Shown here piece by piece: positions 50,925 through 60,370 of a DNA stretch of 64,000 bases. This DNA is from Syntrophales bacterium (GTDB taxonomy: Bacteria > Desulfobacterota > Syntrophia > Syntrophales > UBA2210). The translations under genes and the position numbers were made by a program. The notes beneath the pieces were generated by a model, which was not told where the DNA came from, did no database searches, and saw nothing but the letters and a program-made list of their open reading frames with translations. The stretch's first letter is position 1; the number at the start of each line of letters is the position of its first letter. The stretch lies in the NCBI GenBank assembly GCA_963666365.2, contig CAXXNF010000002.1, positions 1,152,001 to 1,216,000 on the forward strand. Reading direction: 5' to 3'.

Positions 50925-51197
50925 ATGGGACAGTTGTCCGGATTCAAATATCGAGACATTGTACAACGTCTCAAATTATTTGGATTTTAGTTTATTCGAC
51001 ACGCTTCGGGAAGCCATGAAATTTGGCACAATAAATCGACGGGACGCTATACTACAATCCCCAATCACACAGGTGATATGCCCCAAGGAACACTCAAGGC
51101 AATATTGAAACAAGCAGGTATTTCAGCCGAAGATTTTTTAAATAAAAATACTCGTAAAGGGCGACAGCAGTACCAACTAAAAAACGACCACAAGCAT
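50925..51197 (+). pseudogene. hicA: HicA-like toxin with amber stop at codon 22, reading in frame into the downstream glycosyltransferase
   Basis: MGQLSGFKYRDIVQRLKLFGF*FIRHASGSHEIW...TTIPNH.GDMPQGTLKAILKQAGIS; TAG at 50988-50990; no stop before 51198. Confidence 0.85.
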
Positions 51198-52091
51198 ATG
51201 GGCATTGAATCCGTTCCGACAGATATAAGCATCATCATCCCCGCGTTCCGCGAAGAAGCAGCTCTCGGTTCTGTGGTGCAAAAAATCCAGGAAGTAATGT
51301 TCACATACGCCCGCACATACGAAATTCTCGTTATCGACGATGGCTCCGACGACAACACCGCTGCGGAAGCACGCAACGCAGGGGCGACAGTAATCGCCCA
51401 CCCCTACACCATAGGAAACGGCGCCGCCGTCAAAACCGGCATCAGAAACGCCAGGGGCGCCTACCTTGTCATGCTCGACGGCGACGGCCAGCATGATCCG
51501 CAGGACATTCCCCGGCTTCTTGAAAAACTGGACGCCTATGATATGGTCGTGGGTGCACGAACAGCTCAATCGCAGCAGTCATTCCAGCGCAGACTTGCCA
51601 ACAGGATCTACAACCTCTGCGCATCCTACATCTGCAAGCGAAAAATCGACGACCTGACGTCGGGGTTCAGGGCGATCAAAACAGAAATTGCACGGCGGTT
51701 CGTCTATCTCATTCCGAACACCTTTTCCTACCCGACCACCCTCACCCTTGCCATCGTGCGGGCGGGTCACAGCCTCGTCTACGTGCCGATCGACACAAAA
51801 TGGCGATCCGGAAAAAGCAAAATAAAACCCGTGCAGGATGGGGCGCGCTTTTTCCTGATCATCATAAAAATCGCCACCCTCTTTTCGCCCATGCGGGTGT
51901 TCCTGCCCGTCAGCGTCATCGTATTCCTCATCGGCCTGGGGTATGGGCTCGTCAAAATATTCTTCATGGACGCCCGCTACGGACCCACCTCGGCCATGCT
52001 GATGACCATGGCCGTGGTGATCTTCATGGTGGGACTTGTCTCCGACCAGGTGGCGCAACTGAGATTCGACAGAAGCGAAGACCGGGAGTAG
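51198..52091 (+). CDS. GT2 glycosyltransferase (DPM1/GtrB-like) with C-terminal TM helices
   Basis: ISIIIPA, VIDDGSDD, LDGDGQHDP, DLTSGFRA. Confidence 0.9.
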   Translation: MGIESVPTDISIIIPAFREEAALGSVVQKIQEVMFTYARTYEILVIDDGSDDNTAAEARNAGATVIAHPYTIGNGAAVKTGIRNARGAYLVMLDGDGQHDPQDIPRLLEKLDAYDMVVGARTAQSQQSFQRRLANRIYNLCASYICKRKIDDLTSGFRAIKTEIARRFVYLIPNTFSYPTTLTLAIVRAGHSLVYVPIDTKWRSGKSKIKPVQDGARFFLIIIKIATLFSPMRVFLPVSVIVFLIGLGYGLVKIFFMDARYGPTSAMLMTMAVVIFMVGLVSDQVAQLRFDRSEDRE

Positions 52092-52168
52092 TGCGAACAA
52101 AGTCATGGATTGATTTAAAAAAACATTTTTGATATTTATGTATTGTTAAGTAAAAAGGAGCGGAATAA

Positions 52169-52387
52169 ATGAACAATAATGAGTTGATTTTCTTAATAGA
52201 AGAAGATCCCGAAAGCGGATATAACGCCAGAGCACTCGGCCCGTCCATCTTTGTTCAAGGTGAAACCATTGCAGACCTTAAAAACAATATAAAAGACGCT
52301 CTTGAATGCCATTACGATTCGAAAGAAGATATTCCTCAGATTATCAGGCTGCATATAGTCCATGATGAGATCTTTGCCTATGCCTAA
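52169..52387 (+). CDS. HicB-like antitoxin
   Basis: EEDPESGYNARA...IFVQGET; overlaps the hicA start. Confidence 0.75.
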   Translation: MNNNELIFLIEEDPESGYNARALGPSIFVQGETIADLKNNIKDALECHYDSKEDIPQIIRLHIVHDEIFAYA

Positions 52388-52628
52388 GGTACCAAGGGAC
52401 ATCTCGGGCAGGGAACTGGCAAAGCTTCTTATCGGATACAAATACAAAATCGCAAGGGAATCGGGAAGCCATATCAGATTGGTTTCAACGTATCAAGAAG
52501 CAGAACACAAAATCACCATACCGGACCATCAACCTATAAAAATAGGAACGTTAAATAACATTTTGAGCGACATCGCAGAATATCTGAAGATCTCAAAGCA
52601 GAAGCTTATTCAGAAACTTTTTGAATAA
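52380..52628 (+). CDS. hicA: HicA toxin
   Basis: MPKVPRDISG, GSHIRL, ITIPDH..IKIGTL. Confidence 0.88.
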   Translation: MPKVPRDISGRELAKLLIGYKYKIARESGSHIRLVSTYQEAEHKITIPDHQPIKIGTLNNILSDIAEYLKISKQKLIQKLFE

Positions 52629-52714
52629 AAAGACATTCAAACATACTCAACATCTGTCCTGGAGCCACCCCCTTTATATATAAAGGACCACACCCTAATA
52701 GCTTTCCCCGTTGG

Positions 52715-52845
52715 AGGCTCTGTCACGATTGCCGATTCGTCATTGCGAGCGACCACAGGGAGCGCAGCAATCTCGTAGTATCAGCCTATGAGGTTGCTTC
52801 TTCGGTCGTGATACTCCCTCACGGTGACATTACGACACAGCCCTC
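52715..52845. repeat. MITE-like unit containing a cgtcattgcgag...gcaatctc palindrome
   Basis: Core 52738-52774 recurs at 53508-53544; flanks gaggctctgtcac / gacacagccctc are inverted. Confidence 0.55.
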
Positions 52846-52848
52846 TAA

Positions 52849-52916
52849 CAGGCTACATATAGTTCATGATGAGATCTTTACCTATGCCTAAGGTACCAAG
52901 AGACATCTCGGGCAGG
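52849..52916 (+). repeat. 68-bp duplicate of the hicB/hicA junction (52345-52412)
   Basis: Direct repeat with a few substitutions. Confidence 0.85.
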
Positions 52917-53029
52917 AAAAATGTCTTAATTCTTGCAGATAGAGACAGAATGATCTAAAATGCTTTCGCGTGTATATGCAGACAAACGATACGCAACTGG
53001 ATTGCGATCTTTGATTCGGGGGGACTTAA

Positions 53030-53251
53030 ATGAATAATTATATAGAAATTGATCACCAAATCTGCGGGGGTAAGCCAGTAATTCGTGGAACAAGGATTAT
53101 GGTGAAAAATATATTGGGCATGGTGGCCGGCGGGTACACGATTGATCAGATTGTTGCAGCCTATCCCGAGTTAACAGCGGATATGGTCCAGGGCACATTG
53201 GAATACGCGGCACAAATTATAGATGAAGAACAGGTAATAGCCATTGCCTGA
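53030..53251 (+). CDS. DUF433-family antitoxin
   Basis: ICGGKPVIRGTRI, YPELT. Confidence 0.9.
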   Translation: MNNYIEIDHQICGGKPVIRGTRIMVKNILGMVAGGYTIDQIVAAYPELTADMVQGTLEYAAQIIDEEQVIAIA

Positions 53252-53338
53252 GCTCCCCTTACGTTTTCTTCGGAAAATACCATACCAAACAGCTTGATCA
53301 TCATTGACAATTACAAAATCAGAATAAGAAAAATGTAG
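53244..53338 (+). pseudogene. Internally deleted PIN-like (DUF5615-type) toxin remnant
   Basis: Start ..LRFL overlapping the DUF433 stop, joined to a ..SLIIID..KIRIRK end. Confidence 0.5.
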
Positions 53339-53657
53339 TAATTATGACATGAGAGTCTGTTATTTTCTCACTTTTTGATCCTCTTAAAATCCAAGAGATT
53401 TACGCTCGCTTATTCCAAAGACCCACGCACCAATAGCTTCTCCCTTTGAAAAAATGAACCGAGGGGAATTTCTCCCCGCAGTGCCACGAATAACGCAGCG
53501 TTACCTTCGTCATTGCGAGCGACCGCAGGGAGCGCGGCAATCTCACCTTTCGATGTGTTCAATATGCTCCGGGCATGGCGTGAAAAACAAAAGCGTCGTC
53601 CAGCCAACTGTATGACCTGTATTGTACATTTAATCACGAACAGCCCATACCCAAATT

Positions 53658-54311
53658 TTGAACGAAATTAAAAAGCAGATCGAGGTGCAATATGAAATTA
53701 CAACTTGCATATTGCACCAATATTGGCCTACATTACTCGCTATTGCAACGGCCGAGGCGAGAATTGTTAACGACACGGGAGTGTCTCATACCACCGCCCG
53801 CTCCTGGATAACCCTGCTGGAGGCAAGCTACATTCTGTTTGTTCTGCCTCCATGGTATCGAAACATATCAAAGCGTTTGATAAAATCTCCAAAACTATAT
53901 TTTTACGATGTCGGGCTGGCAAGTTACCTCCTGGGGTTGGAAAACGAACAGCATGCCAACCGACATCCCTTACGGGGAAATCTCATCGAAAATCTTGTTG
54001 TCATGGAAGCGGTCAAATATCGCTTCAATAGAGGCAAGCAGAGCAATCTCTGTTTTTATCGCGACGCAAAAGGAAATGAAGTTGACCTGATACTGGAGAT
54101 CGGCCCCGACCTTTTCCCCATCGAAATCAAGGCGGGTGCAACCATTGCATCAGACTATTTCAAGGGATTGAACTATTTCAAAAAGGTTGTCCCCGATCTT
54201 CCCTGGGGAAGCGGTCTGATTTACGGAGGAGCGGATCGACAAACCCGCAGCGATACCCGCATTTATCCCTTGTCGTCCACAGAAGAAATGCTCCGCGAAA
54301 TTGATAAATAA
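53658..54311 (+). pseudogene. C-terminal fragment of an AAA/DUF4143 ATPase
   Basis: KSPKLYFYDVGL, GNLIENLV, EVDLI..PIEIKAG; no P-loop. Confidence 0.8.
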
Positions 54312-54364
54312 CACGAAATACAGATCCTTCAAAAAAATCCCTTGACAATGCTCCCGCATCTGTT

Positions 54365-54946
54365 ATGAGTAGAATAACTGCTCATAAAGGTGCAATGATG
54401 GACAGTCTTTTTGCGGGCATCATATCCTCGAAAACAAGAATCAAGCTCCTGGTGCGATTCTTCTTCAATCCCGGCACAAAGGCATACTTGCGGGAACTTG
54501 CAAAGGAACTCAACGTCTCATCCAACGCCGTCCGCGAAGAACTGAACCAGCTCACGGAAACCAGACTCCTCACATCAGAAAAGAACGGCCGCAACATCTA
54601 CTACACCGCAAACACACAGCACCCCCTCTTCCCGGAATTGAAATCCATGGTCGGCAAGGTCCTCGGCCTCGATCAGGTCATCGAAAGCATCATCACACGC
54701 CTGGGCGATCTGGAAAGCGCCTACCTTATTGACGACTATGCCGAAGGCAAAGACACAGGCATCATCGACCTCGTGCTGGTGGGAAACATCGACCAGTACC
54801 ACCTCAACGACCTGAGCAGAAAAACTGAACGATACATCAAGCGAAAAATTCGCTCCCTAGTCTTATCCAGAGAGGAATTCGAAGACTTTCTGCCCACACT
54901 GGAAAACAGACCGCATTTTCTGGTGTGGGAGGAAAAGAAAGGTTGA
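54365..54946 (+). CDS. wHTH plus nucleotidyltransferase-like protein
   Basis: SKTRIKLL, YLRELA...NAVREEL, DYAEGKDTGIIDLVLVG. Confidence 0.75.
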   Translation: MSRITAHKGAMMDSLFAGIISSKTRIKLLVRFFFNPGTKAYLRELAKELNVSSNAVREELNQLTETRLLTSEKNGRNIYYTANTQHPLFPELKSMVGKVLGLDQVIESIITRLGDLESAYLIDDYAEGKDTGIIDLVLVGNIDQYHLNDLSRKTERYIKRKIRSLVLSREEFEDFLPTLENRPHFLVWEEKKG

Positions 54947-54957
54947 GCGGACAGAAC

Positions 54958-55344
54958 ATGAATAAAACAGCGCTCAAAAAAATTATACGACAAGGCGAAT
55001 CGGAAACGGTTGAATTCAAATCCAGCTTTGACATTGCAGCAATTGAAACACTTGTCGCTTTTGCTAATGTGGGGGGCGGCGTTGTTCTTGTGGGTGTGGC
55101 GGATTCAGGAAAAATTGTAGGTGTTCAGCGTGCAAAACCACCCAGAAGACCACTCAGAAAAATGAAAACCCAAGATCAGATACTGGAACTTCTACGCGAA
55201 AACCCCCGCCTCACACGTAGCGAGATAGCCCAACTGCTGGGGAAAACTTCAAACACCATTAAGGAACACCTGGCCACGCTCAAGTCAGAAAACCGTCTGG
55301 AACGTATCGAAAGTGACCGCGATGGTTATTGGAAGGTAAAATAG
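54958..55344 (+). pseudogene. Internally deleted AlbA_2 (Schlafen-like) plus HTH regulator
   Basis: GESETVEFK..AFAN..GG.VLVGV.DSG joined directly to a C-terminal HTH ending GYWKV. Confidence 0.65.
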
Positions 55345-55356
55345 AAAATGGAAGTT

Positions 55357-55553
55357 GACTACGCCGAAGGCAAAGACACAGGCACCATCGACCTCGTGCT
55401 GGTGGGAAACATCGACCAGTACCACCTTAACGACCTGAGCAGAAAAACTGAACGATACATCAAGTGAAAAATTCGCTCCCTGGTCTTATCCAGAGAGGAA
55501 TTCGAAGACTTTCTGCCCACACTGGAAAACAGACCGCATTTTCTGGTGTGGGA
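55357..55553 (+). repeat. 197-bp duplicate of the 3' end of 54365-54946 (54734-54930)
   Basis: Near-identical direct repeat, with a CGA>TGA stop in this copy. Confidence 0.9.
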
Positions 55554-55682
55554 ACAGAGGGAAAGCTGAACTGAGCAGAGGAAGAGGTGATTAAGCGGGC
55601 CGTTTTGTTCCGCAGCTCCACCAATCTTCCCCCATCAAGAAGTTACAACCCTTGTGATGTAACTTACGGGGCGGAGCTGAAT

Positions 55683-55749
55683 CCGGCGAATGTAAAAAAT
55701 AATCCCATCCCACCATTTTCCATTTTAATCGTTTACTTTACTACATATC
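55683..55749 (+). repeat. 67-bp duplicate of the ATPase upstream region (56538-56604)
   Basis: ccggcgaa.gtaaaaaataatcc...acatatc direct repeat bracketing yoeB-yefM. Confidence 0.85.
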
Positions 55750-55773
55750 ATGCTGGTGGGGCAAAAGAGAAAG

Positions 55774-56028
55774 TCAGTAGTGATATTTCAGTTGTGCAAT
55801 GAGAATCGCATCATCCGAAACTTTATACACGAATCTATGTTCATCATTTATCCGCCTGGACCAGTATCCGGACAGGGCATGTTGCAATGGTTCAGGTTTG
55901 CCAACACCCTCAAAAGGGTTACGTGTTGTTTCCTTAATGAGGGTGTTGATACGGCAAAGAATTCTTTTATCAGTTTTTTGCCAATAGAGGTAATCGTCCC
56001 AGGCATGATCTGAGAAAATAAGCTTCAC
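55774..56028 (-). CDS. yoeB: Txe/YoeB toxin
   Basis: AWDDYLYWQ, GKPEPL, WSRRINDEHR, C-terminal HY. Confidence 0.93.
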   Translation of the reverse strand: MKLIFSDHAWDDYLYWQKTDKRILCRINTLIKETTRNPFEGVGKPEPLQHALSGYWSRRINDEHRFVYKVSDDAILIAQLKYHY

Positions 56029-56276
56029 TCTAAAAGCTCCTTTTCATTTCCTTTGCCATTTTCGAGTTGGGCGATAGATTCAATCAGACGTCTTGTGTTT
56101 TTCGGTGACCGCAACAGGTAGGCTGTCTCTTCAAGGGCTTCAAAGTCCTCAAGGGACATAATAACCACAGATTCCGATGATTTACGTGTTACAATCATCG
56201 GGGCGCGGTCTCTGCAAACTTTTTCCATTGTTTTCGCAAGGTTTTGCCTTGCGGCTGTATAGGTTATGACTTCCAT
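56025..56276 (-). CDS. yefM: YefM antitoxin
   Basis: YTAARQNLA, LEETAYLLRSPKN. Confidence 0.93.
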   Translation of the reverse strand: MEVITYTAARQNLAKTMEKVCRDRAPMIVTRKSSESVVIMSLEDFEALEETAYLLRSPKNTRRLIESIAQLENGKGNEKELLE

Positions 56277-56356
56277 TTCGGCACCTCCTGTACAGCATAT
56301 TGTACGTATCAAGGGGCAAATGTCAACAGCTTTCTCGCCTCATACTCGCGTTGCAC

Positions 56357-56385
56357 AGCGAAACATGAGTTGGTCGTACGCTTAC
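56357..56385. mobile_element. Solitary IS66-like terminal inverted repeat
   Basis: agcgaaacatgagttggtcgtacgcttac, 27/29 match to the IS66 end at 23501-23529. Confidence 0.75.
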
Positions 56386-56422
56386 CTTCACAGAACGAGA
56401 CCTGTATAATTCCCTTTTCTGT

Positions 56423-56495
56423 CTTGACCCGGAATCCAGAAAGTGCGTGAAACTGGATACCTCCCGGACTTGATCCGGGACCTGCCGGTATGACG
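56423..56495. repeat. CGTC-type palindromic repeat remnant
   Basis: cttgacccggaatcca ... tggatac...ccggacttgatccgg...ggtatgacg; related to 50313-50384. Confidence 0.55.
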
Positions 56496-56646
56496 AAATT
56501 GATGGTTTTATGAGGTTCTGCAAACCAGGTCTCGAAACCGGCGAACGTAAAAAATAATCCTATTCCACCATTTTCCATTTTAATCGTTGACTTTACCACA
56601 TATCGTGTATTAATATGTGCCATGATAATACACAAATTGTTTTATA

Positions 56647-58062
56647 GTGGTTGTTAAGGGAAGATATCCGATGTTTAATCGACGGGCAATTGAAGACATC
56701 AAAACATGGTATCGACAGAGCACGCGCAAACCATTGGTTATCCGTGGAGCAAGGCAGGTGGGGAAAACAACCGCGGTTCGCCTTGCGGCAGAACAACTGT
56801 CCGTCAGAGTCATTGAAATCAACCTTGAGCGGCACAGGGAACTTGAACCTCTGTTCCGGCATTACAAGCTGGATGAACTGATGTTCAATTTTTCACTTAT
56901 TTGCGGAGAGAAGATTACAAACTACGATAATATAATTCTGTTTCTCGATGAAGCACAGTCAACACCATCCGCCTATTCCTGCTTGCGATATTTTTCAGAA
57001 GACATACCTGGCCTGGCCGTCATTTTAACGGGTTCTCTGCTCGATCAAGTACTCAATGACACCCGGGCGGCAACACCCGTCGGCCGCATCGAGCCCTACT
57101 TCATGGGACCATTATCATTTGAGGAATTTCTTTGTGCAACAGGTGAGACCAAGGCATTGCAGACCATTGAAATGCTTGACGCTCGGAACATGCACCTGAC
57201 GCCCGATTCCGTGCATAACGACATGATGTCGCTCGTCCGGCGTTACACGCTGACAGGTGGAATGCCCGGGTGTATCCAGCTTGCAATCGATACACATTTC
57301 AGTCATGCGGAAATTCTTAAACATCAAACGGCGTTGATTCAAACCTATAAGGATGACTTCGCCAAATACACCGGAACTGCGGATGCCCTGCGGCTCAATG
57401 CGTTCTTTAACGGAATTTTACGGCAGGTGGGTTTACAGTTTTCACATAAACAGGCCCACGAAATTGCTGTCATGACGAGCGGAGATAATCGACAGTTAAA
57501 CGCGGCTATCGAGCTTTTTGTGAAGGCCCGCTTATTTTATCGCGTGCTTCACAGCAATGCGGCCAGCATCCCATTGGGCGCTGAAACCAAAATAAGAATC
57601 AGCAAATTTTTATTTATTGACATTGGATTGTTACTGGCTGCACAGGACCTGCCCCCTCAATCAATCATGAGCGCACCTCTCGAACTGGCCAACCATGGCG
57701 TATTGGCAGAACAGTTTGTAGGCCAGCAACTGCTCTATGCAAAAGAGGGCTATATTGAGCCCGAATTATACTACTGGCAACCGCCAAAGTCAGAGGGTCA
57801 GGCAGAAGTTGATTTTCTCTTTCCCTGTGCAAATCGGATATACCCCATAGAAGTTAAGTCCGGATCAGGGGGCACGATTAAATCATTACATTCGTACGTC
57901 ATTAAAAAAGAAGCCGACCAGGCCGCGGTAATCAGTTCCGCCAAACCCTCAGCCGGCCAACTGGTGGCAAAAGTAAATAAAGTCGAGCGCAAATTCAGAT
58001 TGCTCAACATCCCCTTTTACCTGGTGCATCGACTGGAGCAACTGTTAACGGAACATTACTGA
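56647..58062 (+). CDS. AAA-family ATPase with DUF4143 domain (start probably 56671)
   Basis: GARQVGKT, FLDEAQ, TGSLL, GGMP, EVDF..PIEVKSG. Confidence 0.9.
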   Translation: MVVKGRYPMFNRRAIEDIKTWYRQSTRKPLVIRGARQVGKTTAVRLAAEQLSVRVIEINLERHRELEPLFRHYKLDELMFNFSLICGEKITNYDNIILFLDEAQSTPSAYSCLRYFSEDIPGLAVILTGSLLDQVLNDTRAATPVGRIEPYFMGPLSFEEFLCATGETKALQTIEMLDARNMHLTPDSVHNDMMSLVRRYTLTGGMPGCIQLAIDTHFSHAEILKHQTALIQTYKDDFAKYTGTADALRLNAFFNGILRQVGLQFSHKQAHEIAVMTSGDNRQLNAAIELFVKARLFYRVLHSNAASIPLGAETKIRISKFLFIDIGLLLAAQDLPPQSIMSAPLELANHGVLAEQFVGQQLLYAKEGYIEPELYYWQPPKSEGQAEVDFLFPCANRIYPIEVKSGSGGTIKSLHSYVIKKEADQAAVISSAKPSAGQLVAKVNKVERKFRLLNIPFYLVHRLEQLLTEHY

Positions 58063-58091
58063 CAATGAGAAAGTCAGGCAAAAGCCTATGA

Positions 58092-58257
58092 TTCTCGAAC
58101 TTGTGTATGAAAATCCGAATCTGACGCGCAATGAGATGGCCCAATTGCCGGGAAATAGTTCAACTACCATTAAGAAACACCTGGCCACGCGCAAGTCAGA
58201 AAACCGTCTGGAACGCATCGGAAGTGACCGCGACGGCCATTGGAAGGTAAAATAGAA
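58092..58257 (+). repeat. Degenerate duplicate of the HTH tail at 55181-55347
   Basis: cacctggccacgc.caagtcagaaaaccgtctggaacg...ttggaaggtaaaatagaaa shared. Confidence 0.8.
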
Positions 58258-58291
58258 ATGTAAGATGACGATAGCAATATTACTTAACTTT

Positions 58292-58424
58292 GACGGTCCC
58301 GCAAAAATTCAAAAATAGTGTAAGTCTTACGGCGATAGGAATCCACAACTACTTGACACGGTTTGATTTCATGCGATACTTGTAATCACAAAAAAGCTCA
58401 AAATCGACTTTTTACGGAACCATC
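58292..58424. repeat. MITE-like unit with gaYggtYccgYaaaaa ends
   Basis: gacggtcccgcaaaaattc vs reverse complement gatggttccgtaaaaagtc. Confidence 0.5.
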
Positions 58425-58504
58425 TAAATTGACACTATTTCAAATTGTAGCGATAAATAAACTACGCAAAAAAATAAACACGTCAATAAAATGGTAAATA
58501 TGAA

Positions 58505-59590
58505 ATGCGTTATAAGGGAAATAAAATAAAACTATGTTACATCCTGTCTTATCGATGTCCAAATTATGTCAGAACGAGAACTCTCATTGAGGCCCTTAGG
58601 AGAATTGATAATTTGCTATTATTTCAAGCTGTAAATACTAGCGAAGGATTATTTCGTTATGTACAAACATTGATTTTACTGCTTAAAATTAGGATAAAGA
58701 AAAATCCTGATTATTACATCTTAGGATTTAGAGGATATGAAATATTTTGGATAGTTAGGTTTATTACACTTGGAAAAATATTAATTTATGATCACATGAT
58801 GTCACCATATCACAGCATGGTGTACGAAAAAAACAGCATTAAACGAGGTGGCTTGATTGATAAATTAATCTTTTTTTATGAAAAACTAATATTACATAAA
58901 TCTGATTCAATATTAACTGACACTGATTTACACAAATATTTTTTTTGCAATCGATTCTCAATTGAGCCTCGCAAGATCCATTCAATACCAGTTGGTGCAG
59001 ATGAAGAATTATTCAAGCCCTCTCCTTCCGCCAGCAATAACATCAGCAATTCCTTGAATGTTCTTTTTTACGGTTCATTTCTTCCCCTCCATGGCGTTGA
59101 TATCATGCTTACGGCTGCATATCTTCTAAAAGACATGCCTATAACTTTTACTCTTATTGGAGGAAGAGGCAAATCCTATAGAAACTTTTTTAAAAAAAAG
59201 AAATGTTTAAAACTTAACAACATAATTCACTACAAATGGGTTCCATACCAACAACTTCCGCTTTTAATACGCAGATCAGATGTATGCTTATGTGGCCCTT
59301 TTGGTGATACCACTCAGTCACATCTTGTTATCACAGGAAAGACTTTTCAATGCATGGCTATGTCTAAGCCTGTTATTATAGGTAAGATCAATGATGATTA
59401 TGGTTTCCGAGATAAGGAAAACTGCCTTTTAGTTCCCCAAGGAAATGAGAAGAATCTTGCAGATGCATTAGTTTGGTGTTTTGATAATAAAGAGAAATTA
59501 TCGTTAATAGGAAAAAACGGATTAATACTTTACAGGAATAAATTTTCTATTGATTTTATAAAAAATATTATTGAAGAGATTTTAGACTAA
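58505..59590 (+). CDS. GT4-like glycosyltransferase
   Basis: VLFYGSFLPLHG, KTFQCMAMSKPVI, LLVP.GN...LA; AT-rich. Confidence 0.85.
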   Translation: MRYKGNKIKLCYILSYRCPNYVRTRTLIEALRRIDNLLLFQAVNTSEGLFRYVQTLILLLKIRIKKNPDYYILGFRGYEIFWIVRFITLGKILIYDHMMSPYHSMVYEKNSIKRGGLIDKLIFFYEKLILHKSDSILTDTDLHKYFFCNRFSIEPRKIHSIPVGADEELFKPSPSASNNISNSLNVLFYGSFLPLHGVDIMLTAAYLLKDMPITFTLIGGRGKSYRNFFKKKKCLKLNNIIHYKWVPYQQLPLLIRRSDVCLCGPFGDTTQSHLVITGKTFQCMAMSKPVIIGKINDDYGFRDKENCLLVPQGNEKNLADALVWCFDNKEKLSLIGKNGLILYRNKFSIDFIKNIIEEILD

Positions 59591-60324
59591 TGAAATACTA
59601 TACTCCTAGGTTCCTTTTTCGAAGGCATGAAGTGTTAAAAAAAATCAAAAGCGGAAATACTTTTTTAGAAATTGGTCCCGGTAGCTTAAACCTTACAGCA
59701 GATATTCTTAAATATTATAACCATGGAACACTTGTAGATTTTAATCCATTAATATATGATTTTTACGACAGTTTTGAATGGTCTACTAAAAATAAATTAC
59801 ATCTTATAGTTGGTAATTTTATGAATATCACATTGAAATCAAAATATGATTGTATTATTGCCTGTGAAGTCATGGAACATATCAAGTATGATGTTTTATT
59901 TTTAGAAAAAATATATACACTCCTTAGCGATCATGGTTGTATTATAATTTCGGTTCCTGCAAAAAAAGCTTTATGGGCAAGGGATGACGAAATTGTTGGA
60001 CATTACAGGAGATATGAAAAAACAGAAATCATGAAAATGATTATGCAATTAAATTTTAAAAACATAGAAATCGTTTCATATGGTTTTCCATTTCTCAATC
60101 TTCTCAGATGGCTAAGAATTATTCTTGCAGGTGTGCAGATAAATAAATTAACATTAAGCATGAAAGCAAGATCCCAATATAGTGGAATTAGCCCCTTAAA
60201 TAATATTTTTAAACTTACGGGATTTTTATTTAACAAATATACAGCCTATCCTTTTTGTTTATTTTCTGCTTTATTTAACAATTATGATTTATCAGACGGT
60301 TATTTAATTACTGCTAATAAATAG
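59590..60324 (+). CDS. Class I SAM-dependent methyltransferase
   Basis: LEIGPGS, EVMEHI, SVPA...W...D..VGHYRRY. Confidence 0.85.
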   Translation: MKYYTPRFLFRRHEVLKKIKSGNTFLEIGPGSLNLTADILKYYNHGTLVDFNPLIYDFYDSFEWSTKNKLHLIVGNFMNITLKSKYDCIIACEVMEHIKYDVLFLEKIYTLLSDHGCIIISVPAKKALWARDDEIVGHYRRYEKTEIMKMIMQLNFKNIEIVSYGFPFLNLLRWLRIILAGVQINKLTLSMKARSQYSGISPLNNIFKLTGFLFNKYTAYPFCLFSALFNNYDLSDGYLITANK

Positions 60325-60370
60325 ATATTTATTTAGTTTTTTATTTATTTTATCTATTAGAGTAAGAGAT

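Noticed and set aside
50988..50990. Amber readthrough (pyrrolysine or recoding) for the in-frame TAGs at 50988 and 62632
   Set aside because: TAG is used as a normal stop by several genes here, the IS4 copy also has a frameshift, and no pyl genes are in the window.
51078..51197. N-terminal extension of the glycosyltransferase in the ORF track
   Set aside because: These residues are the C-terminal half of the hicA pseudogene; the GT domain starts near 51198.
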